Assembly: GCF_041675725.1 (NCBI RefSeq)
Contig: NZ_JBAYTI010000004.1
Span: forward strand, 2,831-66,830
Length of the DNA stretch: 64,000 bases
Reading direction: 5' to 3'
DNA from: Castellaniella sp.
GTDB lineage: Bacteria; Pseudomonadota; Gammaproteobacteria; Burkholderiales; Burkholderiaceae_B
In this document: piece after piece, positions 35,105 through 43,950 of the stretch
Layout of the letters: every line of letters starts with the position of its first letter
How positions within the stretch are numbered: position 1 is the stretch's first letter
Notes under the pieces: generated by a model
Told to the model about the DNA's origin: nothing
The model's database searches: none
Seen by the model: only the letters and a program-made list of their open reading frames with translations
Position numbers and translations under genes: made by a program

Positions 35105-36288
35105 TGAATCAACCCATCCTTGCGAAACATGTCTCTGATACCGCGCACCGCTTGCCGCGTGCGCTGTTCGTTCTCGATCAGGGCGAAGCGCACGTATTCG
35201 TCGCCGTATTCGCCAAACCCGATGCCTGGCGATACCGCCACCTTGGCATCGGCCAGCAGCCGCTTGGAGAATTCCAGCGACCCCCCGGCCCGATAGGGCT
35301 CCGGTATGCGGGCCCAGATGTACATCGACGCCTTGGGGATGGTGACCGGCCAGCCGGCGTCGATCAGCCCGCGCGACAGCACGTTGCGCCGGTTGCGGTA
35401 CTGTTCGACCACTTCGGCCACACAATCCTGCGGCCCTTCGAGCGCCGTGATGGCCGCCACCTGAATGGGTGTGAACGTACCGTAATCGTGGTAGCTCTTG
35501 ATGCGCGCCAGGGCACCGACCAGATCCTGGTTGCCCACCATGAAGCCAATGCGCCACCCGGCCATGTTGTAGCTCTTGCTCATCGTGAAGAACTCGACCG
35601 CCACGTCCTTGGCCCCGGGCACCTGCATGATGGACGGAGCGACGTAGCCATCGAACGTGATGTCGGCATAGGCGAGATCATGCACGACCAGGATATCGTG
35701 CTCTTTGGCCAGCGCGACGATGCGTTCGAAAAAAGGCCGCTCTACGCATTGCGCCGTCGGGTTGCTCGGAAAGCCCAGCACCATCATCTTGGGTCTGGGA
35801 ATGGATTCTCGCACGGCCCGCTCGATTTCATCGAAAAAATCCAGACCCGGCGTCATGGGCACCGAACGGATATTGGCACCGGCAATGACCGCCCCATAGA
35901 TGTGGATGGGATAGCTTGGGTTGGGGACCAGGACCGTATCGCCCCGATCGAGCGTCGCCAGCATCAGGTGGGCCAGCCCCTCTTTCGAGCCGATCGAGAC
36001 GATGGCCTCGGTGTCCGGATCCACGCTGACCCCATAACGCCGTTCGTACCACTGGGAAATTGCCCGGCGCAGCCGCGGAATACCGCGTGACACCGAATAG
36101 CCATGCGTATGGTCGCGGCGCGCCACCTCGACCAGCTTGTCGACGATATGCTTGGGCGTCTGCCCATCCGGATTGCCCATGGACATGTCGATGATGTCTT
36201 CGCCCCGCCGCCGGGCCGCCATCTTGAGTTCTGCGGTGATGTTGAACACATAAGGTGGCAGACGCTCGATGCGCGAGAAAGTCTTCAT
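35101..36288 (-). CDS. Class I/II pyridoxal-phosphate aminotransferase (alanine transaminase AlaC-like)
   Basis: RLPPYVFNI near the N-terminus, NPSYP, and PLP-lysine motif [12 protein letters not shown]. It sits upstream of hom-thrC. Confidence 0.85.
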   Translation of the reverse strand: MKTFSRIERLPPYVFNITAELKMAARRRGEDIIDMSMGNPDGQTPKHIVDKLVEVARRDHTHGYSVSRGIPRLRRAISQWYERRYGVSVDPDTEAIVSIGSKEGLAHLMLATLDRGDTVLVPNPSYPIHIYGAVIAGANIRSVPMTPGLDFFDEIERAVRESIPRPKMMVLGFPSNPTAQCVERPFFERIVALAKEHDILVVHDLAYADITFDGYVAPSIMQVPGAKDVAVEFFTMSKSYNMAGWRIGFMVGNQDLVGALARIKSYHDYGTFTPIQVAAITALEGPQDCVAEVVEQYRNRRNVLSRGLIDAGWPVTIPKASMYIWARIPEPYRAGGSLEFSKRLLADAKVAVSPGIGFGEYGDEYVRFALIENEQRTRQAVRGIRDMFRKDGLIQ

Positions 36289-36458
36289 GGGGAGCCCCTG
36301 AAAAAAGCTTGGCCACAGCAGAAATTGCGGTGCAGCAAATCCGATAATCTATCTCAAGCGTGCCACTCTCGCAAATGAGGCGGCCGCAGCGGATGAAAGA
36401 GCCGACGGCCCTGGCCATGCTGCGCTATCATTGATCACATTGGCAAGACCCGCAAAGG

Positions 36459-36917
36459 ATGCCCCACGTGCTGTTGCAAAAAGAATCGAATCCGTCTTTG
36501 AACACCGTCACCGCCTACGGCGAAGGCTATCTGGAGATCAACCGCGAACGCTTCGAGACATCGGTCTGCCTGGCCCCCGAAGGCCCGATCCGCACGCTAT
36601 CCTTGCACAGCGTCGCCGACATCGACAGCACCCTGCTGACAGAGCTGGTGGGCCTGCGCGCCGCGCCGCAGGACCCGATGGCGTTCCTCGACGATGCGCC
36701 GCCCCCGCTAGAACGGCCAGACGACGCCCCCGAAGTCGTGCTCATCGGCACGGGGTCGTGCCAGGCCTTTCTGCCCCCAGACGTCATACGTCCCCTGCTC
36801 ATGGCCGGCATCGGGGTCGAAGCCATGACCACCCACGCCGCCGCCCGCACGTACAACATCCTCATGTCCGAAGAACGGCGTGTCCTGGCCCTATTGCTTT
36901 TTGGAGATTCTGCATGA
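36459..36917 (+). CDS. Mth938-like (DUF498) domain protein
   Basis: A small protein with ...AYGEGYLEINRERFETSV...VVLIGTG...GIGVEAMTTHAAARTYNIL, resembling the Mth938/NDUFAF3 fold family. A GTG at codon 4 is a possible alternative start. Confidence 0.55.
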   Translation: MPHVLLQKESNPSLNTVTAYGEGYLEINRERFETSVCLAPEGPIRTLSLHSVADIDSTLLTELVGLRAAPQDPMAFLDDAPPPLERPDDAPEVVLIGTGSCQAFLPPDVIRPLLMAGIGVEAMTTHAAARTYNILMSEERRVLALLLFGDSA

Positions 36918-37384
36918 GCCTGCCCATCGTGGGGCAACCCATTCCCCGCCTGACTGGTCCATCCACCCAGGGTCCGTTCGATTCGGCCCAGCTGGCCGGC
37001 AAGCCGTACGTCCTGTATTTCTACCCGCGCGACAACACCCCTGGCTGTACCACCGAGGCGCAGGATTTCCGTGACCTGCACGGGCAATTTCTGGCACACG
37101 GATGCGCGGTGTTTGGCGTCTCCAGGGATTCCTTGAAGTCCCACGAGCGTTTTGCGGAAAAACAATCCCTGCCCTTCGCCCTGATCAGCGACCCCGATGA
37201 AGCGCTGTGCACGCTGTTTGGCGTCATGAAAAACAAGACCCTGTATGGCAAGCCAGTGCGCGGCATCGAGCGCAGTACGTTCCTGGTGGATGCGGCCGGC
37301 CAGCTGGCGCGCGAATGGCGGGGCGTACGCGTACCGGACCACGCGGCCGAAGTCCTGCAGGCCGTACAGGCCCTGGGCACCTGA
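36914..37384 (+). CDS. bcp: Peroxiredoxin, bacterioferritin comigratory protein type
   Basis: ATGA overlap with the upstream gene. Contains YFYPRDNTPGCTTEA (peroxidatic Cys). There is no Cys at +5, so it is probably a 1-Cys or atypical type. Confidence 0.85.
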   Translation: MSLPIVGQPIPRLTGPSTQGPFDSAQLAGKPYVLYFYPRDNTPGCTTEAQDFRDLHGQFLAHGCAVFGVSRDSLKSHERFAEKQSLPFALISDPDEALCTLFGVMKNKTLYGKPVRGIERSTFLVDAAGQLAREWRGVRVPDHAAEVLQAVQALGT

Positions 37385-37396
37385 GGCAGCCGCCCC

Positions 37397-39118
37397 ATGC
37401 CGCTGCCCAAACCACCCGCCCGTCTGGGCGATCGGGTCCGCCCATCGAGCGAATCCACCGCGACGCCCGCTGCCACTGCAGTGCCCACTCCCGCCGAAAC
37501 GCCAGCGCCATCGGTGCCCGCCCGCCAACCAGCCGCCAAACCCGGAAAGCAGCCCGCCGTGGAGACGGCCCGCCCGGCAGCCGGCCCTGGCGCCGGGGCG
37601 ACCGTGCCGGTGCCGGCTGCACGCAAGGATCCGCCCCCGGATCGTGCCCCGCGTGCCAGCAAGCGCGGTGCCGTGCAGACCACATCGTCTCGCCGCCTGG
37701 CCGGCACTGGCCAGGCCGGCCCCAAAAAACTGTTCGTTCTGGACACCAACGTCCTGCTGCATGACCCGAGCTCGCTGTTCCGGTTCGCCGAACACGATAT
37801 TTTTCTGCCCATGATCGTGCTCGAAGAGCTCGACCACCAGAAAAAAGGCCTATCGGAAGTGGCGCGCAATGCGCGCCAGGTCAGCCGTTTCCTGGACCAG
37901 CTCATACAAGCCGCCGACCTGACCAAAGGCGTGCCGCTCGATGCCCTGGGCAATACCGAGGCAACGGGCCTGCTGTATTTTCAGATGCGCCCTGCAGCGG
38001 CACCGCTGCCGATCGAACTGCCCATGGGCAAGGCCGACCACGTCATTCTATCGATCGTGCACGATTTACGGCAGGCGCCCCCGGGGCGCGAAGTCGTGCT
38101 GGTGTCCAAGGACATCAACATGCGCCTCAAGGCGCGTGCCCTGGGGCTGGCGGCTGAAGACTACCTGCATGACCACGTCATCGACGACACCGATCTGCTC
38201 TACGGTGGCGTCATGCCCCTGCCGGATGACTTCTGGGCCCGCCACGGCAAGCAGGTCGAATCCTGGCAACAGGATGGCCTCACCTGGTATCGGATACACG
38301 GACCTTTGTGCCAGCAGCTGATCGTCAACGAATTCGTCTGGCTCGAGGGCGACATGCCGCTCTACGCCCAGGTGCGCGAAGTGACGGGGCGCAGCGCGGT
38401 CCTGTCCACATTGCGAGACCATAGCCACGGCAAAAACAGTGTCTGGGGCATCACGGCGCGCAACCGCGAGCAGAATTTCGCCTTCAACCTGCTGCTCAAC
38501 CCCGACATCGACTTCGTCTCACTGCTGGGCCAAGCCGGGACCGGTAAAACCCTGCTGGCGCTCGCGGCCGGGTTGGCCCAGGTCTTCGACACGCGCCGCC
38601 ACACCGAGATCATCATCACACGGGCCACAGTGCCAGTGGGCGATGACATCGGCTTTCTGCCCGGTACCGAAGAAGAAAAAATGCTCCCCTGGATGGGGGC
38701 CCTCGAAGACAATCTCGAGATCCTCCACCAGGGCGCAAGCCGCAATACCGCCTCTGCGGCCAGCCAGAGCGAATGGGGCCGCCATCTGCCGGCGCTGGAC
38801 CTGATCCGCTCGCGCATCAAGGTGAAATCGCTCAGTTTCATGCGCGGCCGCACCTTCCTGAACAAATACCTGATTATCGACGAGGCGCAGAATCTGACCC
38901 CAAAGCAGATGAAGACACTGATCACCCGGGCCGGGCCGGGCACCAAAATTGTCTGCCTGGGCAATATCGCCCAGATCGACACCCCCTACCTGACTGAAGG
39001 CAGCTCGGGCCTGACGTACGTCGTCGACCGGTTCAAGGGCTGGCCGCACGCCGGCCACATCATTCTCCAGCGCGGCGAGCGGTCGCGCCTGGCCGACTAT
39101 GCCAGCGCCGCCCTCTGA
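37397..39118 (+). CDS. PhoH2-type protein (PIN domain fused to a PhoH ATPase) with a Pro/Ala-rich N-terminal extension
   Basis: The PIN region FVLDTNVLLHDP...VLEELD begins at about residue 111. Walker A GQAGTGKT and PhoH C-terminal motifs are present. Residues 1-110 are low complexity. An alternative GTG start lies at 37673. Confidence 0.8.
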   Translation: MPLPKPPARLGDRVRPSSESTATPAATAVPTPAETPAPSVPARQPAAKPGKQPAVETARPAAGPGAGATVPVPAARKDPPPDRAPRASKRGAVQTTSSRRLAGTGQAGPKKLFVLDTNVLLHDPSSLFRFAEHDIFLPMIVLEELDHQKKGLSEVARNARQVSRFLDQLIQAADLTKGVPLDALGNTEATGLLYFQMRPAAAPLPIELPMGKADHVILSIVHDLRQAPPGREVVLVSKDINMRLKARALGLAAEDYLHDHVIDDTDLLYGGVMPLPDDFWARHGKQVESWQQDGLTWYRIHGPLCQQLIVNEFVWLEGDMPLYAQVREVTGRSAVLSTLRDHSHGKNSVWGITARNREQNFAFNLLLNPDIDFVSLLGQAGTGKTLLALAAGLAQVFDTRRHTEIIITRATVPVGDDIGFLPGTEEEKMLPWMGALEDNLEILHQGASRNTASAASQSEWGRHLPALDLIRSRIKVKSLSFMRGRTFLNKYLIIDEAQNLTPKQMKTLITRAGPGTKIVCLGNIAQIDTPYLTEGSSGLTYVVDRFKGWPHAGHIILQRGERSRLADYASAAL

Positions 39119-39134
39119 AGGGGCCGGCGCTCCG

Positions 39135-40124
39135 ATGCGCTCGGCCCAGCCCCTGGGCCTCACCATGGGCGATGCCTGCGGCATCGGCCCCGAGCTCATC
39201 GTGCGTTTGTTCGCCCGTGGCCTGCCCCACCCGGCGGTCGTCTACGGCGATGCCGCGACCTTGCAGCGAGCCTGCGCCGTAGTGGGCCTGGGCGACGCGC
39301 TCTCGATTGTTCCACTGGATGTGCCGGGGCCAGGCTCGACCGGAATGCAAATCGGCGTGCTCGATCGCTGGCGCGGGCTGCCCGCCGATCTGCCGTGGGG
39401 ACAGGTCGACGCCCGGGCCGGCCGGGGCGCCTACGAATACCTGTGCCACGCGATCGACGATGCCCTGGCGGGCCGGCTCAGGGCGCTGGTGACCGCCCCC
39501 CTGAACAAAGAAGCCATGCAGCGGGCGGGGCTGGCGTTCCCGGGCCACACTGAGATCCTGGCCAAGCGCAGTGGCACGCCCCGCTACGCGATGATGCTCG
39601 CCAACGACCAGCTGCGTGTCCTGCTGGTCACGATCCATATTCCGCTGGCTCAGGTGCCGCACGCCATCAGCGTGCAAGCCGAGCTCGACGCCATGCGGCT
39701 GGCGCACTTGGCCTGCCTGCAAAGCGGCGTGGCGACGCCGCGCATCGCGGTCGCGGGGCTGAACCCGCATGCGGGGGAAAACGGCGCCTTCGGCGATGAA
39801 GAAATCCGCATCATCCAGCCGGCGATCGCCCAGGCACGCGCAGAAGGGCTGGACGTCAGCGGGCCCTGGCCAGGGGACACCGTCTTCATGCGCGCGCGGC
39901 AAGGCGAATTCGACATCGTGGTTGCCCAATACCACGACCAGGGGCTGATCCCTGTGAAGTACCTGGGCCTGGATACCGGGGTCAATGTCACGGTGGGTCT
40001 GCCGTTCGTACGCACCAGCGTCGATCACGGCACGGCGTTCGACATCGCGGGCCAGGGCGTCGCACAGGCGGATTCCCTGGAAGCGGCACTGCACATGGCG
40101 CTGCGCATGTCCGCAAAGCCCTGA
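39135..40124 (+). CDS. pdxA: PdxA-family 4-hydroxythreonine-4-phosphate dehydrogenase
   Basis: Trimmed to the ATG at 39135. Contains TMGDACGIGPEL, GHTEIL, GLNPHAGENG, YHDQGLIPVK and RTSVDHGTAFDIAG. Confidence 0.85.
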   Translation: MRSAQPLGLTMGDACGIGPELIVRLFARGLPHPAVVYGDAATLQRACAVVGLGDALSIVPLDVPGPGSTGMQIGVLDRWRGLPADLPWGQVDARAGRGAYEYLCHAIDDALAGRLRALVTAPLNKEAMQRAGLAFPGHTEILAKRSGTPRYAMMLANDQLRVLLVTIHIPLAQVPHAISVQAELDAMRLAHLACLQSGVATPRIAVAGLNPHAGENGAFGDEEIRIIQPAIAQARAEGLDVSGPWPGDTVFMRARQGEFDIVVAQYHDQGLIPVKYLGLDTGVNVTVGLPFVRTSVDHGTAFDIAGQGVAQADSLEAALHMALRMSAKP

Positions 40125-40155
40125 GCGCCCTCGCGGACGCCGCAAAAACAGAAGA

Positions 40156-41562
40156 TCAAAAACCCGGTGACGCGGAAAAATTGAGAAACCGGGTGCTGGC
40201 GCCCTGAAATGTCAGACGTACCGTGCCGATCGGGCCGTTGCGTTGCTTGCCGATGATGATTTCGGCCGAGCCCTTGTCTGGGGAATCGGGGTTGTAGACC
40301 TCGTCGCGGTAAATGAACAAAATGACGTCGGCATCTTGCTCGATGGCCCCGGACTCGCGCAGGTCGCTCATGACGGGGCGTTTGTTGGGCCGTTGCTCGA
40401 GACTGCGGTTGAGCTGCGAGAGCGCCATCACCGGGCAGTCGAGCTCCTTGGCCAGGCTCTTGAGGGAGCGGCTGATCTCAGAGATCTCCGTGGCGCGGTT
40501 CTCGCCCGAGCTGCTGGCCGACATGAGCTGCAGGTAATCGATGATGATGAGCCCCAGGCGACCGCATTGCCGGGCCAGGCGCCGGGATCTGGCGCGCACT
40601 TCCATCGCGGTCAGCGCAGGCGTCTCGTCGATGTAGATCTGGGCCTGTTCGACCTTCTGCACGGCGTGCGTCAGGCGCGGCCAGTCATCCTGGCCCAGCT
40701 TGCCGGTACGCATGCGGTGCTGGTCGAGCATCCCCACCGAGCCAATCATGCGCATCGCCAGCTGTACGGCGCCCATCTCCATGGAAAACACGGCGACCGG
40801 CAAACCCTGTTCGATGGCTACGTGCTCGCCGATATTCATGGCCAATGACGTCTTGCCCATGGACGGCCGCCCGGCGACGATGATCAGGTCGCCCGGCTGC
40901 AGGCCGGACGTCATGCGGTCGAGATCGTGGAACCCCGTTGGAACCCCGGTGACGTCCGAATCGCCCTCGCGATGGTAGAGCTCATCGATGCGCTCGACCA
41001 CCTGGGCCAGCAGCGGGCGGATCTCCTGGAACCCGGCCATGCCGCGTGCGCCTTCCTGGGCGATCTGAAAGACTCTGGATTCTGCCTCATCGAGAATTTG
41101 ACGCGCTTCTTTGCCCTGGGGGTTGAACGCCGCGGCAGAGATTTCGTCGGCAATCGTGACCAGTTTGCGCAGCATGGAGCGCTCGCGCACGATCTCGGCA
41201 TAGCGCCGGATGTTGGCTGCCGATGGCGTATTGTGGGCCAGCGCGTTGAGATAGGGCAGCCCACCGCATTCGTCGAGCCGGCCCGCCGTGCTCAGGGATT
41301 CGAGCACGGTCACCACATCCGCCGGGCGCGACAGCGCGATCAGACGCGTGATGTGTTGCCAGATCAGCCGATGGTCGTGGCGATAGAAATCATCTTCGGC
41401 CAGAACGTCGGCGATGCGGTCGAACGCCGCATTGTCGAGCAGCAAGCCCCCCAAGACGGACTGCTCGGCCTCGACCGAATGGGGCGGGACGCGCAGATAA
41501 TCCAGCTGGGCGTCCGTTTGGATTTCCACAGCGATTCCTCGAACGGGCCCTTGGGTCGCCAT
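40156..41562 (-). CDS. dnaB: Replicative DNA helicase
   Basis: PHSVEAEQSVLGGLL, Walker A GRPSMGKTS, IIDYLQLM and QLNRSLEQRPNKRP. Start at the ATG at 41562, 24 nt after the rplI stop. Confidence 0.95.
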   Translation of the reverse strand: MATQGPVRGIAVEIQTDAQLDYLRVPPHSVEAEQSVLGGLLLDNAAFDRIADVLAEDDFYRHDHRLIWQHITRLIALSRPADVVTVLESLSTAGRLDECGGLPYLNALAHNTPSAANIRRYAEIVRERSMLRKLVTIADEISAAAFNPQGKEARQILDEAESRVFQIAQEGARGMAGFQEIRPLLAQVVERIDELYHREGDSDVTGVPTGFHDLDRMTSGLQPGDLIIVAGRPSMGKTSLAMNIGEHVAIEQGLPVAVFSMEMGAVQLAMRMIGSVGMLDQHRMRTGKLGQDDWPRLTHAVQKVEQAQIYIDETPALTAMEVRARSRRLARQCGRLGLIIIDYLQLMSASSSGENRATEISEISRSLKSLAKELDCPVMALSQLNRSLEQRPNKRPVMSDLRESGAIEQDADVILFIYRDEVYNPDSPDKGSAEIIIGKQRNGPIGTVRLTFQGASTRFLNFSASPGF

Positions 41563-41586
41563 GCCGGACCCGCCGGCATGGCGCAA

Positions 41587-42042
41587 TCAGGCCATTTCAC
41601 CTTGCACAGTAAGGGTGACGTCGGCCACCACATCTGCATGCAGTGCCACCTGCAACGGGAATTCACCCACCGCCTTGATGGCCCCATCGGGCATGCGCAC
41701 CTGGCCTTTGTGCACGTCTTCGAAACCGGCTGCCTGCAGGGCCCTCGCCACGTCCATGTTGGTGACCGAGCCGAACAGGCGCCCATCGACCCCAGCCTTC
41801 TGGCTGATCACCAGCGCGTAGCCGTGGATTTTGTCGGCCAATGCCTGGGCAGCGGCCAGCTTTTCAGCCTGATGCCTTTCGAGTTCGGCGCGGCGCGCCT
41901 CGAACTCTTTCAGGGCCGCATCTGTGGCCCGCCGCGCAATCTTCTGGGGGATCAGATAGTTGCGGGCATAGCCATCGCGCACCCGAACCACGTCACCCAG
42001 ATTGCCCAGGTTGTAGACTTTTTCAAGCAGAATGACTTGCAT
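41587..42042 (-). CDS. rplI: 50S ribosomal protein L9
   Basis: Trimmed to the ATG at 42042. Reads [32 protein letters not shown]. Confidence 0.95.
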   Translation of the reverse strand: MQVILLEKVYNLGNLGDVVRVRDGYARNYLIPQKIARRATDAALKEFEARRAELERHQAEKLAAAQALADKIHGYALVISQKAGVDGRLFGSVTNMDVARALQAAGFEDVHKGQVRMPDGAIKAVGEFPLQVALHADVVADVTLTVQGEMA

Positions 42043-42055
42043 GACGAGCGCCCTA

Positions 42056-42328
42056 TCAGTGGTGGTTGTCGGTGTACGGCAGCAGGGCCAGGAAGCGGGC
42101 CCGCTTGATGGCGGTATCGAGCTGGCGCTGGTAGTGAGCCTTGGTGCCGGTGAGACGCGCCGGGATGATCTTGCCGTTTTCCTGGATGAAGTCGCGCAGG
42201 GTGTCGAGGTCTTTGTAATCGATTTCCTCGACCTTGGCCGCGGTGAACCGGCAGAACTTGCGCCGCTTGAACAGAGGGTTCTGCTGGCCAAACCGGCGCT
42301 TGTCTTTGGGCTTCTTGAAATATGCCAT
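42056..42328 (-). CDS. rpsR: 30S ribosomal protein S18
   Basis: Contains [19 protein letters not shown]...ARLTGT...QRQL, the canonical S18 pattern. Confidence 0.95.
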   Translation of the reverse strand: MAYFKKPKDKRRFGQQNPLFKRRKFCRFTAAKVEEIDYKDLDTLRDFIQENGKIIPARLTGTKAHYQRQLDTAIKRARFLALLPYTDNHH

Positions 42329-42374
42329 GATAAATGCCTATATCGATGTGCCAGCTAGCCGCTGGCGGATGGAT

Positions 42375-42680
42375 TCAAAGTGTCTTGAACTGCTGTACAT
42401 GCAGGACCAGCTGGTCGGACCCTTGCCGCTGCGGAGCCAAAAAACCGCAGACTTGCAGCAGCGTGCCGGGCTCGATGGCAGCCAGCTGCTGCGCCAGAGG
42501 GCCGACCGCGACCGCCCGGATGCCAAAGCCAACCTGGCGCGACAGCCCGGCTTCGCTGGCTTCGCCCTGGTGTTCGAGCCGCAGGTGCGCGATGGGCGTA
42601 CCCGCCGGCGTATGCCGCAAAGGTTCGACCTGGCTGGCCTGGGCGACGAGTTCGAGCTGGTTGACGGATCGCAGGGACAC
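42375..42680 (-). CDS. priB: Primosomal replication protein N (PriB)
   Basis: A 101-aa OB-fold protein lying between rpsF and rpsR, which is the conserved position. GTG start at 42680. Contains NQLELVAQ...TPAGTPIAHLRLEH. Confidence 0.8.
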   Translation of the reverse strand: MSLRSVNQLELVAQASQVEPLRHTPAGTPIAHLRLEHQGEASEAGLSRQVGFGIRAVAVGPLAQQLAAIEPGTLLQVCGFLAPQRQGSDQLVLHVQQFKTL

Positions 42681-42684
42681 CGGG

Positions 42685-43050
42685 TCAGGAATTCTGGGTC
42701 TCGGTGGACGCCTTGCGGGCTTCGTCGCGCTCGACGGATTTCATCATCAGTGACGGCTCTGTGTGCGCATGCCGCGTCTTGATGAACAGGTGACGCAAGA
42801 TGGCATCATTGTAGCGAAACGAATGTTCGAGCTCTTCGAGGGCGACCGGGTTGCATTCGATGTTGAAACACACGTAATGCGCCTTGACCAGCTTCTGGAT
42901 GGGATAGGCCAGCTGACGGCGACCCCAGTCTTCGACCCGATGGATCTGACCGCCATGGCCGGTGACCATGGCCTGATAACGCTCGATCATGGCGGGCACC
43001 TGCTCGCTTTGATCGGGATGCACGATGAACACTACTTCGTAGTGACGCAT
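42685..43050 (-). CDS. rpsF: 30S ribosomal protein S6
   Basis: Trimmed to the ATG at 43050, preceded by AAGGAG. Reads [18 protein letters not shown]. Confidence 0.95.
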   Translation of the reverse strand: MRHYEVVFIVHPDQSEQVPAMIERYQAMVTGHGGQIHRVEDWGRRQLAYPIQKLVKAHYVCFNIECNPVALEELEHSFRYNDAILRHLFIKTRHAHTEPSLMMKSVERDEARKASTETQNS

Positions 43051-43128
43051 GATGGACTCCTTATGGATATCTGTGCGGATGAACAGACAGCCCGACAGCA
43101 CGGTGGCTTATCGAGCAAGTAACCATCT

Positions 43129-43137
43129 ATATTAACA
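43129..43137 (-). promoter_or_regulatory. Candidate extended -10 promoter (TGtTAATAT) for the rpsF-priB-rpsR-rplI operon
   Basis: The minus strand reads AAATGTTAATATAG immediately after the folE2 stop, about 80 nt upstream of the rpsF ATG. The -35 is weak. Sequence match only. Confidence 0.25.
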
Positions 43138-43140
43138 TTT

Positions 43141-43950
43141 TCAGTGGCTGCTTACCATGGCGTAGGCAGAATGATTATGGATGGATTCGAAATTCTCGGC
43201 CTGTACCCGATAATGGCTGACGCCTGGCAGGTTCTGGACCACCATGGCCACGTCCCGAACCAGATCCTCGACGAATTTCGGGTTCTCGTAGGCGTGTTCG
43301 GTGACGTATTTTTCGTCTGCCCGCTTGAGCAGGCCCCATAGCTCACATGAGGCCTGGGCTTCGATCCGCGCAATCAGGCCGGCCAGATCGGGGACCTGTC
43401 CGAGCGCCACACCGAGATCCAACGTGACCAGCGAGCGCTGGTTATGGGCGCCATAGCGCGAGATGGCCTTCGAGCATGGACACAGACTGGTCACCGGCAC
43501 CTGTACCTGCAAGACGAACACCGAAGGCTGGTTCTTTTGGGCGCGCACCTGCCAGGACACCTGATAGTCCATCAGGCTGCGAGCGCCGGATACCGGCGCC
43601 TGCTTGGCCACGAAATAGGGAAAAGCCAAGAGAATGTCGCCTGCCTGCACCTGCAGCAGGTCGAGCATGCGCTGCGCCATCTGCCCCAGGCCCTCGGCGG
43701 ACAGGGGCTGCGAACGGTATTCCTCGAGCAGCGCAATGAAGCGCGACATGTGGGTCCCTTTCTCGGAGGCTGGCAGCGCCACGGTCATTTCGACTTCGGC
43801 GATAGTCGCCTGCGGCTCGCCACCCGCCGCAATCATCAGCGGCTGTCTCAGCCCCCGGACGCCGACGCGCTGTATCGGTATCTGGCGGGTGTCCGGCCCG
43901 CCCTGCACATCCGGCAGAGTGGTCAGCACCGGATCGAGCACGGTATTCAT
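43141..43950 (-). CDS. folE2: GTP cyclohydrolase FolE2 (type IB)
   Basis: LPDVQ...IQRVGV at the N-terminus, KGTHMSRF, the LCPCSKAIS metal site, and [13 protein letters not shown] at the C-terminus. ATGA overlap with the dxs stop. Confidence 0.85.
   Translation of the reverse strand: MNTVLDPVLTTLPDVQGGPDTRQIPIQRVGVRGLRQPLMIAAGGEPQATIAEVEMTVALPASEKGTHMSRFIALLEEYRSQPLSAEGLGQMAQRMLDLLQVQAGDILLAFPYFVAKQAPVSGARSLMDYQVSWQVRAQKNQPSVFVLQVQVPVTSLCPCSKAISRYGAHNQRSLVTLDLGVALGQVPDLAGLIARIEAQASCELWGLLKRADEKYVTEHAYENPKFVEDLVRDVAMVVQNLPGVSHYRVQAENFESIHNHSAYAMVSSH

Noticed and set aside
36289-36458. The 170-bp divergent intergenic region between the aminotransferase-hom-thrC operon and the Mth938-bcp genes, examined for a riboswitch, attenuator or sRNA.
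   Set aside because: I found only a 5-bp stem (ggccg/cggcc), no leader-peptide ORF rich in Thr/Ile codons, and no terminator-like structure. It is most simply two back-to-back promoters.
36527-37953. Minus-strand ORFs of 436 aa and 310 aa antisense to the Mth938/bcp/PhoH2 5' region.
   Set aside because: They are Arg/Gly/Ala/Pro-rich translations of a very GC-rich stretch, overlap three plus-strand genes with clear motifs, and have no recognisable domains.
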